A stretch of DNA of 64,000 nucleotides, from positions 992,001-1,056,000 of the forward strand of contig NW_027191457.1 of the NCBI RefSeq assembly GCF_011745625.1, read 5' to 3'. A model generated the notes under the pieces. The model saw only the letters and a list, made by a program, of their open reading frames with translations, was not told where the DNA came from and ran no database searches. Each line of letters opens with the position of its first letter. Position 1 is the stretch's first letter. The position numbers and the translations under genes are program-made. This document shows, one piece after another, positions 1-12,350 of this stretch. Source of the DNA: Cladosporium halotolerans (taxonomy: Eukaryota).

Positions 1-3000
1 ACAGCGATCATCCAGCAGATCCCCAATCTCAGTCCTACAAATCGATACACCACCATTGTACCTCTAGGAATCGTGTTGCTTGTGTCAGCACTCAAGGAAA
101 TCGTCGAGGACAACCGAAGGAGAAGCCAGGACCGGCAACTGAACAATTCCCCTGCAAGCGTTCTGAGGGGGTCTAGGTTTGAACAGGTCAAATGGATCGA
201 CGTCAAGGTTGGCGACATCATTCGTGTGGAATCTGAAGAGCCGTTCCCTGCGGACATTGTTCTGCTCGCTTCGTCTGAGCCCGAAGGCCTGTGTTACATC
301 GAGACCGCTAACCTAGATGGCGAGACTAACTTGAAGATCAAACAAGCCATTCCGGAGACATCGCACCTGGTGTCTTCCGCGGAGCTTAGCCGCCTGGGCG
401 GACGAGTCCGCTCCGAACAGCCAAACAGCTCCCTGTACACATATGAGGCTACCTTGACAATGCAATCTGGCGGCGGCGAGAAAGAACTCCCCCTTCAGCC
501 AGACCAGCTTTTACTCCGCGGCGCCACCCTCCGTAACACTCCATGGATTCAGGGCGTCGTTGTCTTCACTGGTCACGAAACGAAGCTCATGCGTAACGCC
601 ACTGCCACACCCATCAAACGTACCAACGTAGAGCGCACGGTCAACACTCAAATTCTGATGCTCGGCGCTGTGCTCATTATCCTGTCGCTAATCTCATCGG
701 TGGGCGATATCGTCATTCGCAATACGATCGGCGGAAAGCTATGGTATCTGGAATACGAGAATGTCAACGGTGCTCAGCAATTCTTTGCCGATATCTTCAC
801 CTACTGGATTCTGTACTCCAACTTGGTTCCAATTTCCCTGTTCGTCACTGTCGAGATCATCAAGTACTATCAAGCATTTTTGATTTCCTCGGACTTGGAC
901 ATCTACCATGACAAGACTGACACGCCAGCAAATTGCCGAACCTCGTCTCTTGTGGAAGAACTTGGACAGGTCGAATACATCTTTTCCGACAAGACCGGAA
1001 CCCTCACGTGCAATCAAATGGACTTCCGGCAATGTTCGATTGGCGGCATCATGTATGCGGAGGAAGTTCCAGAGGACCGAAGAATCATTGGCGAAGATGA
1101 AAGCGGTACCGGAATCCACGACTTCAAAGCTCTGGAGAAACACAGGCATGGCAGTGATAATGCTGAACGCATTCATCAGTTCAACACACTGCTTGCTGTT
1201 TGCCACACGGTCATCCCGGAGACATCTGCCGAAAAGCCAGGCGTCATCAAATATCAGGCCGCTTCGCCCGATGAGGGTGCTCTAGTCGAAGGTGCAGTCT
1301 TGATGGGCTACAAGTTCGTCGCGCGTAAGCCTCGAGCTGTCACTATCGAAGTTGGCGGGCAGGAATGGGAATACGAGCTTCTTGCTGTCTGCGAGTTCAA
1401 CTCCACCAGGAAGCGTATGAGTACGATCTTCCGCTGCCCCGACGGCAAGATTCGTGTTTACACCAAGGGTGCCGATACTGTGATCCTGGAACGACTGCGC
1501 GTGCATGACGATGTTGTGGAGAAGACACTATTGCATCTCGAAGAGTACGCTGCCGAGGGCCTTCGAACACTCTGTCTTGCTGTCCGCGAAGTCTCTGAGA
1601 GCGAATTCAGGGAATGGTACGACGTGTTTAACACTGCTGCGACCACGGTTTCTGGTAACAGAGCCGACGAACTTGACAAGGCTGCCGAATTGATTGAGCA
1701 CGACTTCACTTTGCTCGGTGCCACTGCCATTGAGGATAAATTGCAGGACGGCGTACCTGACACTATTCACACTCTCCAAACCGCTGGCATCAAGGTATGG
1801 GTGCTTACAGGTGACAGACAAGAGACCGCCATCAACATCGGCATGTCTTGCAAGCTCATCTCCGAAGACATGTCGCTGCTCATTGTCAACGAGGAGTCAG
1901 CCGAAGCCACTCGCAACAATATCCAGAAGAAGCTTGATGCTATTCGATCGCAACACGCAGGCGGCATCGAGATGGAGACCCTTGCACTGGTCATCGACGG
2001 CAAGAGCCTCACGTACGCTCTTGAGAAAGACATGGAGAAGATGTTCCTTGACCTCGCTGTCATGTGCAAGGCTGTCGTCTGCTGTCGTGTCTCTCCTCTC
2101 CAGAAAGCCCTTGTTGTCAAGCTGGTTAAGCGTCACCTCAAGAGTATTCTTCTTGCCATTGGTGACGGTGCTAACGACGTGTCGATGATTCAAGCAGCTC
2201 ACATTGGCATCGGTATCTCTGGTATGGAGGGTCTTCAGGCCGCCCGTAGCGCCGACGTGAGCATAGCGCAATTCCGATTCCTGCGCAAGCTTCTGCTGGT
2301 CCATGGCTCCTGGTCTTACCAACGTATCTCCAAGGTCATCCTCTACTTCTACTACAAGAACACGGCACTCTTCATCACGCAGTTTTGGTACTCATTTCAG
2401 AACGCCTTCTCCGGCCAGGTCATTTACGAATCATGGACTCTATCCTTCTTTAACGTCATCTTCACGGTGATGCCTCCCTTCGTGCTTGGCATTTTCGATC
2501 AATTTGTCAACGCCAGATTACTCGATCGCTACCCGCAGCTGTACCAGTTGAGCCAAAAGGGCGTCTTCTTTCGCCGTCACAACTTCTGGTCGTGGGTCGG
2601 AAACGGCTTCTACCACTCGCTGTTACTCTACTACATCTCCATCCTCATCTACTGGAACGACGGCCCAATGTCAGATGGCAAGATCGCCGGCCACTGGATT
2701 TGGGGCACAGCACTCTATACCGCCGGTCTCGTCACAGTCCTCGGCAAAGCCGCGCTCATCACCAACATTTGGACCAAGTACACCGTCATCGCCATCCCGG
2801 GCAGTCTCGCGATCTGGTTCATCTTCCTGCCCATCTACGCTTTCGCCGCGCCCAAACTCGGCTTCAGCACGGAATACACCAACGTCCTGCCCATACTGTT
2901 CTCGAGCCCCCGCTTCTGGCTCATGATGATCGCCCTCCCCGCCCTCTGCCTCATCCGCGACTTCGCCTGGAAGTACGCCAAGCGCATGTACTACCCGCAG

Positions 3001-3296
3001 ACCTACCACCACGTGCAGGAGATCCAGAAGTACAACATCCAGGACTACAGGCCGAGGTACGTATTCATCATCCCTCCCCCCTTTTCTCCATAGGTAACGG
3101 CCGACGCTAACTCCGCGGTAACAGAATGGAGCAATTCCAAAAGGCGATCCGCAAGGTGCGCCAGGTGCAGCGCATGCGCAAGCAGCGCGGCTACGCCTTC
3201 TCGCAGACCGACGAGAGCCAGGCCCGCGTGCTGCAGGCGTACGACACGACCAAGGAGCGCGGCCGGTACGGCGAGATGACCAGCAGTCGGCGATGA
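1..3296 (+). CDS. DRS2: P4-type phospholipid-translocating ATPase (flippase), Drs2/ATP8A type; 5'-truncated by the window edge. Exons <1-3056 and 3125-3296
   Basis: Frame open from base 1. Motifs DGETNLK, PISL, DKTGTLT (phosphorylation site), TGDRQET, GDGAND. Intron 3057-3124 (GTACGT...GCTAAC...CAG). The spliced last exon encodes RMEQFQKAIRKVRQVQRMRKQRGYAFSQ, the Drs2/ATP8A regulatory tail, and ends at TGA 3294-3296. Confidence 0.95.
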
Positions 3297-3857
3297 GCGA
3301 CCAAGAAAAAAAAGAGAAAAGGAAGGAGAAAAGAAAATATGTCATGTTGGAGGGCGAGCGTTTGCTGCGTGCGTGCGTGCGGACTCGTGGATCGAGGAGC
3401 AGCGCAGCGCAGCGCGGCGCAGGACATGCGGAGTTTGTGCGGGGTTTTGAGATGGGATCATTGTATCTACCTACTACGTCTTTTCTGCTCTTTTTTTACA
3501 CTTCTTGATGGTGGTGGTTTGTGCTTGTAGCTATCTTTTGACACACGATTATCACTTTGATTCTGACGAATGGCATATTTCGGATTCCTTCCTGTCACAC
3601 GTGGGCGATCTTGTGAAACTTGTGAAATCCATGGCTTTTGGGAAATGTTTTTCATTTGGAGGGGAAGTCGAACTATCTACCCTAAAGCTACCAACGCTTT
3701 CGAGAAGTCGATCATTCCCACTCATCGTCCGCGTAGCCTGTCTGTCTGTCTGTGTGCTCCAATCCTGAGAGGCTGCTGTTGTCGCCCGTCGCGTGGATCC
3801 TGTGAATGCAGAAGGGAAAACGCAAGTGCTAGGTCGTTCGTGTGGTCGTGAGGTGAA

Positions 3858-3893
3858 GGGGAAAAGGGAAGGGCAAGGGAAAGGGGGAAGGGG
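3858..3893 (+). repeat. Purine-rich tract with six G-runs (potential G-quadruplex/triplex)
   Basis: GGGG-AAAA-GGG-AA-GGG-CAA-GGG-AAA-GGGGG-AA-GGGG, read directly. Confidence 0.6.
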
Positions 3894-4193
3894 AAAGTGT
3901 GGTGCTGAGAGGGAGTGAAAACAAACAGAAGTAAAACTATCGGTCGCCATCCTTGAGTGGTCTTGTCAATGATTGCTAGGTCCGTAGACCACAGCTCGCG
4001 TTTCGTGTGTGGAAAACAGAAAAGCAATCCAACATCGAGAAGTCTTGGCTGCAGGCTGACGGAAGAGTGCGACATTGCCCGTCGCTCCCGCCCATGCAGC
4101 CGTGTTCGAAGTCGGAGAAACGAGAAAGTGTTGCAATTGATGTGCCAGTGACTTTCGTGAGGGTTGAACAAAACGAAACACATGCGTGCTGGC

Positions 4194-4940
4194 TCAGCCG
4201 GCGTGAATCAGGCCCCAAGTTGGCGACTCGATGTGCTCGAGGGAAGAGGTGGCGCTCTTCTCACACAAGTCATGGATGTCGTGCTCGCTCATGGTGGCAT
4301 CATGAGCTGCATCGGTCGGTTCATCGAAGTTGAACCAATCAGTAGAATCCTCTTCGCCGTCCGAGAAGTCGTAATCAGAGCCGTCGTCGCTCTGCGCCGC
4401 ATTCTCCACAATCTCTTCGGACAGGCTCTTAGTTCCGGACGTCTCCTCCTAGTGCCAACCGGCGCTGGTAGTCCTATAGGCGGTAGTGGGTTCGTCAGAT
4501 GCTTTGACGATGATGCTCTCCCACTCCGGCGGGACCTCCATCTCATCGATATTCCACTCCTGCCTCAACAGGCTCTTCGTGCGCGGTGTCGTCGAGCGCG
4601 TCGCGCCATAGCGGCCGTAATTCGGCGGCAGGGGCGCCCAAAAAAAGTTGCCGGAGGGAATCTGCTTGTTGACCACATCCATATGACGGTCGATTTGGAT
4701 TTGCTCCTGATGAGTTGGCTCCACCTTGTCGGGAATCTGCAACTTCTTGCGAATTGCGCAATCCTCGCGCTTTCTAATGCATGCGCCGCATTCGCCGGAA
4801 AGGAATTGGCACACCATCGAGTTCTTGCAGCAAACTACCTGCTTAGTTTCTGGCCATTTGACATGGCCGCGGCATTTGCTCCAGGTGTGGTGGATGATGT
4901 GCCTGCAGGCGGTGTACTTGAAATCAATGGTTTTGCACAT
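4194..4940 (-). CDS. Small Cys/His-rich uncharacterised protein (MC-x6-Y-x2-C-x-H...CxxC). 163 aa to the TAG at 4451-4449, or 248 aa if that stop is bypassed
   Basis: ATG at 4940, N-terminus MCKTIDFKYTACRH...ECGAC. The same frame continues after the TAG as an acidic tail to the stop at 4196-4194. Confidence 0.65.
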
Positions 4941-5440
4941 CGTGGTTGTCAGCGTGCTTTGTTGTTGAGATTTCGAGTCGTTGTTGGAGGGATTTCCGTT
5001 TGGAATGCAATAGTTTGATGTCGTTGCTGTTATCCAATGTGTGGTGCTAGAGCGAAGTCGTGTGACCTTGTTTGCTCGATGTTGTGGTCACGAGTTGGCG
5101 ACTGTTGCTGCGGCAATTTGCTCGTGATGGGTCTGTTGCCTGCGCTGGCAGTGTGCTCGTGGTCTGTTTGTTGCCGGCTGGCAGAAATTTTCACGTGATT
5201 GATGGTTAGGAGTGTGGATGGTGTTGTTCGTTGGTGGGAAAGGAAGGTTCTGAAAGAAAGGCTGTGCTCGGCGTGCTTGAGGAAAAGAGGAAGCGACGAG
5301 GCAGGAGTAGCTACAGGAGTCGCGCCTCGCGCCTTCCTCACTTACGGTGTTACTGTTGTTGGGTGCAACGGGCACTGTCACGTGCGCCAAGCTCGACGAC
5401 TGTGGCGCAGAGTTACACTGCATGGTAAGGTAGAGCTGAG

Positions 5441-5470
5441 AGTGAAGTGAAGTGAAGTGAGGTAAAGTGA
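5441..5470 (+). repeat. (AGTGA)n pentanucleotide microsatellite
   Basis: agtgaagtgaagtgaagtgaggtaaagtga. Confidence 0.7.
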
Positions 5471-7508
5471 GGCGATGTGTCAGCAATGCCCCGTCGTTTA
5501 CATCAGCACGTGACACCGAGTGAGGAGATAGAGTTCGAGTGCTTGGGGTGGCTGTCAGATCTGCGCGCACTTGTGCAGGGAGCGCCTTCGCAAGCTTTCT
5601 TGGACAGACCCTTCTTCAATGGTGCTGGCGCGTCTGAAGGCTTGACGCCTGAAACGCAGGGATGAGGTGTAACAGTAGGCGATGACATTCTTCAGCTCAA
5701 ACTCTCTGGGATGCAATTATGTCAACTGTTTCACGTGTCTCACATGCTGTCGTGGGCCTGTCGCAGTCACTCTGATACCTCGCACCGTGCGAGTCTTGCT
5801 CTGGAGCTCTGGAGAGCCAAGCACTCATCTGTTGTTGCCTCAGGAAATATCAGCACACCACTCGGGCGCACGAGGACAATCTCCAAGTCAAGCCTGACTT
5901 CACGGGGCTGGAGTCCGAGGCGAATCATGAAGGAAGCAAGATCCGCAAAGGCGGCTTGAACCGGACTGTTGAACACGACAAACAGCGGGACGATGCAGCA
6001 AATTTCGTGTCCGGGATGTTTTCTCGCCTAATCACGAGGCCTGCGACGGTGGAAAATGCACCCGCCCGCTGAGCCCGCTCCGCCTGCTCGTGATGTTGTG
6101 CGAGGCGTGCGTTCCTCGGCGAATGGCAGCAGCAGTCCTAGGCTCCTAGCCTTCGCTGCCCTGGCACAAGTGCGCGAGCTAGCACGGTCAGTCGCCCTCC
6201 GACCGTTGCCAGCCAGAGATTTGGGGCCCCTGAGATGTAATAACGAGCGCTGCTGGCTCCTGCCCAAGCACAGCCCGCGACAGCGCTGCTCTCGAATGAG
6301 GAGACGTGGGAGACCAGGTCACTGTTCATATGGCTGGCCTTGCACGGCCTCGCAACCTCACGGGGGCGACGCTGCCAACCACTCAGGCTGCCGCTACCGC
6401 CTGGTGCCTCGCGAGCCTTGGAAGAAACAATGGACCCATGTCCAGCGCCGACGCAAGCTTTTCCCGAGCTCCGCGCGACGCGCCCACGGCGCTGCGCGGC
6501 GCTCCAACGCCTGCAGGTACTGGAGCGCCAAGGCAACCCAGACCCCTTTAACCGTTTGCCTCTGGCGCTCTCACGCATTTGGCCGGCAGTAGGGCAAGCC
6601 CTATGGGAGTGCTGCCCGCGGGGAAGTGAAAGGCGTGCACGCAGCGAACACATTCTCGGCACTCTGGGCTCTCGTGGCCCATGTCGAACGGGCAGACTCG
6701 ACACACAGAGGCACCGCAGAGCACACCCTCCCCGCAAGTCGGGCCAGGGAGAGGGTGCTGCTCGGCGCATGGTCTCGCCTGTCAAAAGGGACCGGGCAGG
6801 AAAGATCCCCATTGGCCGCGCGCCACCGCATCTCCACCGGCCTCAAACGAGATGCCGGCTAAGGCCGCGTGCGAAGAGCAGCCGTGATGGAATTGGACAG
6901 TGCAAAGGGTCTGGCAGGCCGGGGTGGCAGAAGGCAAGGCCTGGCACAGGCCGGCCGTCGTGCGCAGAGGCGTGGTGATGGAGGAGGCGGCCGGCGCTCG
7001 TGCGCTGTACCTGGGTAGTCATGCAACTAGTCGATCATGCCTTGCGGTTGTGTGTCGTTTCCGCAGGCTGGAGAGCATCTGTCGTCCGCCGGTCACACCG
7101 CACGCAGCGCGACTCTCCCATCGCCAATAACCACCGTCATTGCCTGCCGTGCCTGCTTGACACAGTCCCCAGACCCAGCCGTGCCGGACATGTGCCCGCC
7201 AGCGCTGGAGCGGCCGTAGTAGTGACACGCCCAAACGTCTTGCCGCGCAACGCCCGCCAGCGGTGGTGGGATTCTTACGCGTTGTGTCGCAGATCCAACA
7301 CGACGTGTGTGTCTCACCTGCCCATCCCTACACCACTCACCGCGCAGCGATCGCCGGCCCACATCCCCCATTGCCCGGCCGTCTCACGCTGGAGGCTTTC
7401 GGCGTACCGCTACCGCCAACCGCCTACCGCCCGCCGGCGTGCAGCGCTGCCCAGCCAGCCTTGAGGCGCAACCTCGAACTTACCTTAGGCGACTTTCTCG
7501 CCCGTCCC

Positions 7509-7542
7509 GCCAGCCAGCCAGCCCGCCAGCCAGCCAGCCAGC
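7509..7542 (+). repeat. (GCCA)n microsatellite upstream of the 7679 gene
   Basis: gccagccagccagcccgccagccagccagccagc. Confidence 0.75.
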
Positions 7543-7678
7543 TGCCGACCGAAGTCTCGTCGCCGGCTTGTGGTGAGCCCTTGCTCCTCCCGACCTGACC
7601 GTCACATCGCCCTCTCGCCCACGCTGCACTCGCCTGCACCCTCCGGCGCTCACTCCTCGCAGGAGTCTTGCCGCCATC

Positions 7679-10594
7679 ATGAATCGGCGGAAGTTCTCCT
7701 TCGATCTGCCACGCCTGGTATGTCGTCGCCCGCGTGCCGCATCTTGCGATGCCGCCTGCTAACCCACACCGCAGAAGCTCGGAGCCTTCAAGCCCGACAA
7801 CAGGCAATATGGCGAGAACCATGGCATGCACGGCCTGCCCTTCAGCATGCCCATGGAGCCCGAGTCGCCTGGAGAAATCCCCAAAACCATCCTCCCGCTG
7901 CCATCCGACCTCGACGCTGCCTTGCGCGCCGCATGTACTGGCGTCATCCGAAACAACAAACCGTCGCACGAGTACCACAAGGGAGGGAAGGCGCAACTGG
8001 ACTATGCTACGATCAAAAGAGGAGGAGGAAACCAGCCGGCGCCCCAGAGAGCTGCACCGGCATGTGCGCCTTTGACCAAGACGGATTCCAACGAAGATCG
8101 CCCTCACATGCAGCAGGGCTCATTATCCAACGGCCTGACGAGCCCGAACAAGGCTCATCGTGCGTCGCACATATCGGCAGCTTCGGAGGGACAGCCTCAA
8201 GCTGAGGAGAACACCCACCAAGTGCGGGTCCAAAGGTCGCGTGCTCAATCGCGTGTGGATCAACTCATGGGCGGCGCGTCGCCACCAAAGCCGGCCCGTC
8301 CACAAAGAGACAGGACCGACTCTCATTCACGTTCTAAGTCGACACCTCAGGCCTTCTGGACTGCTCCCCCACCCAAGATCGGGGTCGTTGAACGGCCCAA
8401 ACCTGCGCCCAGGGCGCATTCTATGGAAACAAATGGATCCACCCCTCAAACCGATTCCACGGACTTATCCTGGTCTGCGGGGACTGCTATGACTTCCGCC
8501 ATGAACACACCTGCGAGATCGTCTTCTTTACGAAAGCCCAATCTGCTGCGAGATAGCTCGGAGGCAAAGAACGCCATGAAGGTTGATGCGATAGACGCGG
8601 ACTGGATGAAGGAGGAATCAGAGAGGCGCAGGCTACTTGAGCAGCAAGCGTACGCAGACACTGCGCTATCTCGCCATGCGACATGGACGGGACCCCAGCC
8701 TGAACCTGTTGATGCTAACGCTGAACACAGCAAAGCGGCAAACCCTGACTCGCAAACAACTACACCCATCGCCAGCGTACCTCCGCGAAAGCCTGTACCT
8801 ACCGCACGACCGGAGGTCAAGCAAGAGCCTGACAACAGTCAAGCACTTGAAGACGAGTCAGATTCTGAACCGTTATCGCCAGAACTAGATCTTAGCCTGA
8901 ACGACCCTGCTCGACGCGATGAGAGACCGAATATGCGGGAAGAGACACAAAAGGCTCAGACGGTACAGCGATCTGAGAGTCGCGCAGGCAGAGGACGTAC
9001 GCGTGGCACTGGTGTGCCAATGAATTCTCGCGCCGCTAGCAGAGCACGGAGTATCACCCGGGAGGTGAAGGAGTTCATGCGCAACGCCTCTCGCTCTCGA
9101 CAGCCGAAATCGCGTGCAGAGGAACCTCGTGCCCGCTCACGACGACCATCAATGAGCCGCGCCAGAGAGCAAGCCAGCAACGTCATCGACTATTTCCGAC
9201 CTGGTACTGCAATTGGCACCAACAAGCAGAGTCTGGACATCCCTCGCAATGCTTCGGCTTTGCAGTCAAGATCGCATGAATCCTTGACAAGCGCTAGATC
9301 CTCTACTTCCCCGGCCAAAGACACACCCATGCAACAAAACTCACAACGCAGCTCACAACATCAAAAGGGTCCAGTCAATTACACCAGACCATTCAGCGGT
9401 GCCAGCCTGGAAGTGGATGATGATAATACCAGCGGACGTCCAATTTCTTCACTTACCGAAACATCTCAGTCTAAGGCTCAGCCGGATCTGAACCGAGCAT
9501 TACCCCCTCTCCCGCGCTTGGAATCCTGGCATGGCAATCCCGAGGCTGAGCTCGAGCAAGCTCCCGAGCCGCCTCAACATGTGCCTGAGCTCGCGGTTCG
9601 TATTGTATCTGGAATGGCAAGCCCAGTCTCGGCCAGCCCTACGACCGTGAGAAGCACGACCCAAGATGGCGCCAAGTCTCCTCTTCCCAGTCCAAAGTTA
9701 CCAGAGGGCGTTCATGACTTCGTGGCACTCCGCATGGGCGCACCAGTCCCCGTGAGTAGGCAGTCCTCAAGAGCGAAGATGTCACGAGAGCACATGAACC
9801 CCAACCTCGTTCATCAAGCACGGCCTCGACGATCACCTAGAGATCCGCGGCAAATTAACTCGCAATCTCGAAATAGTGGGATACCCGTGTCCCCTTCGCA
9901 GCTCACTATGCCAAAGCGAGAGGACGCTCAATCAGCCAGGCGACGTAGCAAGAGTCTGCAGGAGGTAAACCCACCTGATTTGTCAGAGAAGCTTCGCAAA
10001 GCATCCGCCAACGCGCCCGACGGAAGACCAATTCACGCTGTCGGCCAAGCGAAGCTCATTGACACCTCCGCGTCGCGCAAAGAATCCGACAATTTTGCGA
10101 CTAAGCTCGGACGGAAACTCAGCACGAGGGGAAAACGAAATATTACACCAAACTCGTCACAGCAGCCGCCAGTGCCGCCGCCCCACCGTGAGTTGCCGCA
10201 ACGCAGCACCAAGACTGCCACGAGTTCGCCGCGCGGCCTCAGTCGCGCCAATAGCCATTACACCTCCCAGAAACAACAGAGCCTTTCGCGGAAAATGAGC
10301 ATGGAGGAGTATGGTCAACTTTACGACGGTCGATACCACAAAAACAACGACCTTCTCACCGCCCCGCCGCCTGCGGCTTCCACGAGCACCAGGAACAGTC
10401 CACGCATCGGCCTTGGTAACTTCCTTCCGTCAAAGAACCAATCGCCTCCGCATGGATCTCAACAGCAACATGGCTCTAAGAAGTGGTGGCACCTCGGTCT
10501 CGGAAATGGCGACAAAGATACGCCCATGGACGAAATGCCCAGGACTGGCAGCAATGCAGATCACGCGGGCGGCGGACTCGGAATGCGATTCTAA
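7679..10594 (+). CDS. Large Ser/Arg/Pro-rich, probably disordered uncharacterised protein (~952 aa). Exons 7679-7717 and 7775-10594
   Basis: 922-aa ORF plus an upstream exon (MNRRKFSFDLPRL) joined in frame through intron 7718-7774 (GTATGT...GCTAAC...CAG). Contains LNRALPPLP and PPVPPP proline motifs. Confidence 0.85.
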
Positions 10595-12350
10595 GCAGTC
10601 GCCGCGACCACTCTCTAGATCTGATCTTCATTGCCTTCTAGTCCATTGGCTTCATTAAACTCCAGATTCCCCATTTTTTTACACGGCTTCCTGCAAGACT
10701 GCAGAGCACGGAAGCAGTCGTTATCTTGCTCGACTCGGAACTACGACAAAAAATTCCTGGCCATTTACTTCGCGACTTGTAATTATTGCCTCTACACCTC
10801 ACGATCTCTCCTCTTCATTCTCTTGGGTATCTCGGAAACATTTTTGGGAACACCGCTATTCCCCTCGACAAACAACTTCTTTTGTTCGATTCGATTTGCG
10901 TGCAAGCGACAACGGAGCTCGGGGCCGGGCGCTTTTCTTTTCAAAATTCACAACCAAAGAGCAAAGACTGGACTGGGCATGGAAAGCATCATCGGGACAG
11001 CATGCATCTTCTCTTTCAACTCACTCTGCATGGGCGCTTCATCCGCGCAAACGGCGTTCGATTCCCACAATTCCTGCTTGTCCTTTCTGCTTTTATCATT
11101 TCGATGCTCTTCGGATGCATCGGGTTTGCCTGCTTTTAATTCTGTTTGGGATCAAGAAGATGACGACCGGAGCGACGACCAGTACTACATAATTTTACAA
11201 ATAGATACCATACCATTCAAACCATTGGATTACACATTGGCTTTCAGGCAACAGTGATACAGAGCGTGCTGTGACGGCGAAACACATTGTTCTGATCTCG
11301 TTTCGAAGCTACTACATGAATAGGTGAAGTTTAAGATAGGCGCACCGCCGTACCGTGGCTCTCCAAGTGCCAAAGCTTGATTCTATGGCTTGCTGCGGTA
11401 CTAGTAAAGCAGACAAGTAGGCTCGGTCTGGCTTCCGGTCAGGATTCTGGAAGCTGGGTCCCGTGTGGATCTCTCCGGATAGGCGAAAGCTTGGTCGTCG
11501 CAGGACGGGGTCTAGGAGGATTGAATTGGCTCTATCTCGGATGGTGATACATGCTGAGGTCATGTCTTTGGTGGCGGACACCCATGTTGTCATATTGTGC
11601 GATTGTTTGCCAATTCTCTGATGTTGGGAGCGGGAGACGCGGTCGACATCTCAGCTCTCGTTGGGGGCTGTGTGATGCGCCAAGGCGGCTCTCTGGTGAC
11701 TGCTGTAGAGAACCTGCCGTCGAGCAAATTGCTGACGCGGTAATTGGACGTTGTAGATCGTGCTGACGGGTTGGGACGAGCAGCGCATCGCTCTCGCAAG
11801 TAGGTGAATGGCGGGCCAAACGGGCGGCCAGACCAAGGCGCCCTCTGCAGGCTGTCGTCATACCCGGCCCGCCCAAGGCGTGGAGAACGGGCCTGCAAAC
11901 GGACCGATCGCATCCGCGCCCTGCGTCCCGTTGGAGTCTAAAGACGAGGATCTAAATGATGTCTTGGGACGCGTCGAAGCACGCGTTGACGGAGCTCTAA
12001 TTTCTACGCAACACCGACAAATTGTCAATTATTCACTGCGCAAAGCCGCACCCGTCTGCCCGCGTGAATGCGCGCAGTCGCACAGTCGCACAAGCACAGC
12101 AAGAGCTGCGTCTGCTCGTCCTTGGCGCCCGTCGCGGTTGCCTTCCCACCTCACTTCCTCCCACCTGCACCCGCGCCCATCCCGCCGCAAACTTATTACC
12201 CTATCGCTGTCTGACGCGCCACAGCTCCCTCGCGCCAGGCCCGCACGCGACAATTGTCTCCCCATCCCACTTTCTTCCTTATCCCAGCATGCGCTACCGC
12301 TCGTGAGGCTGCCAGCCCGGAACGTGCCGCGCGCTCTACCCCAGGACGTC

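Noticed and set aside
4164..5018. 284-aa plus-strand ORF
   Set aside because: In-register antisense shadow of the minus-strand Cys-rich gene, with no protein-like features.
6028..7598. Many overlapping 150-225-aa ORFs
   Set aside because: Arg/Ala/Pro-rich translations typical of GC-rich non-coding DNA, with no codon bias or motifs.
11808..12350. Upstream in-frame extension of the USP first exon (ORF from 11808)
   Set aside because: The composition looks like promoter/5'UTR sequence; the ATG at 12351 begins the convincing coding sequence.
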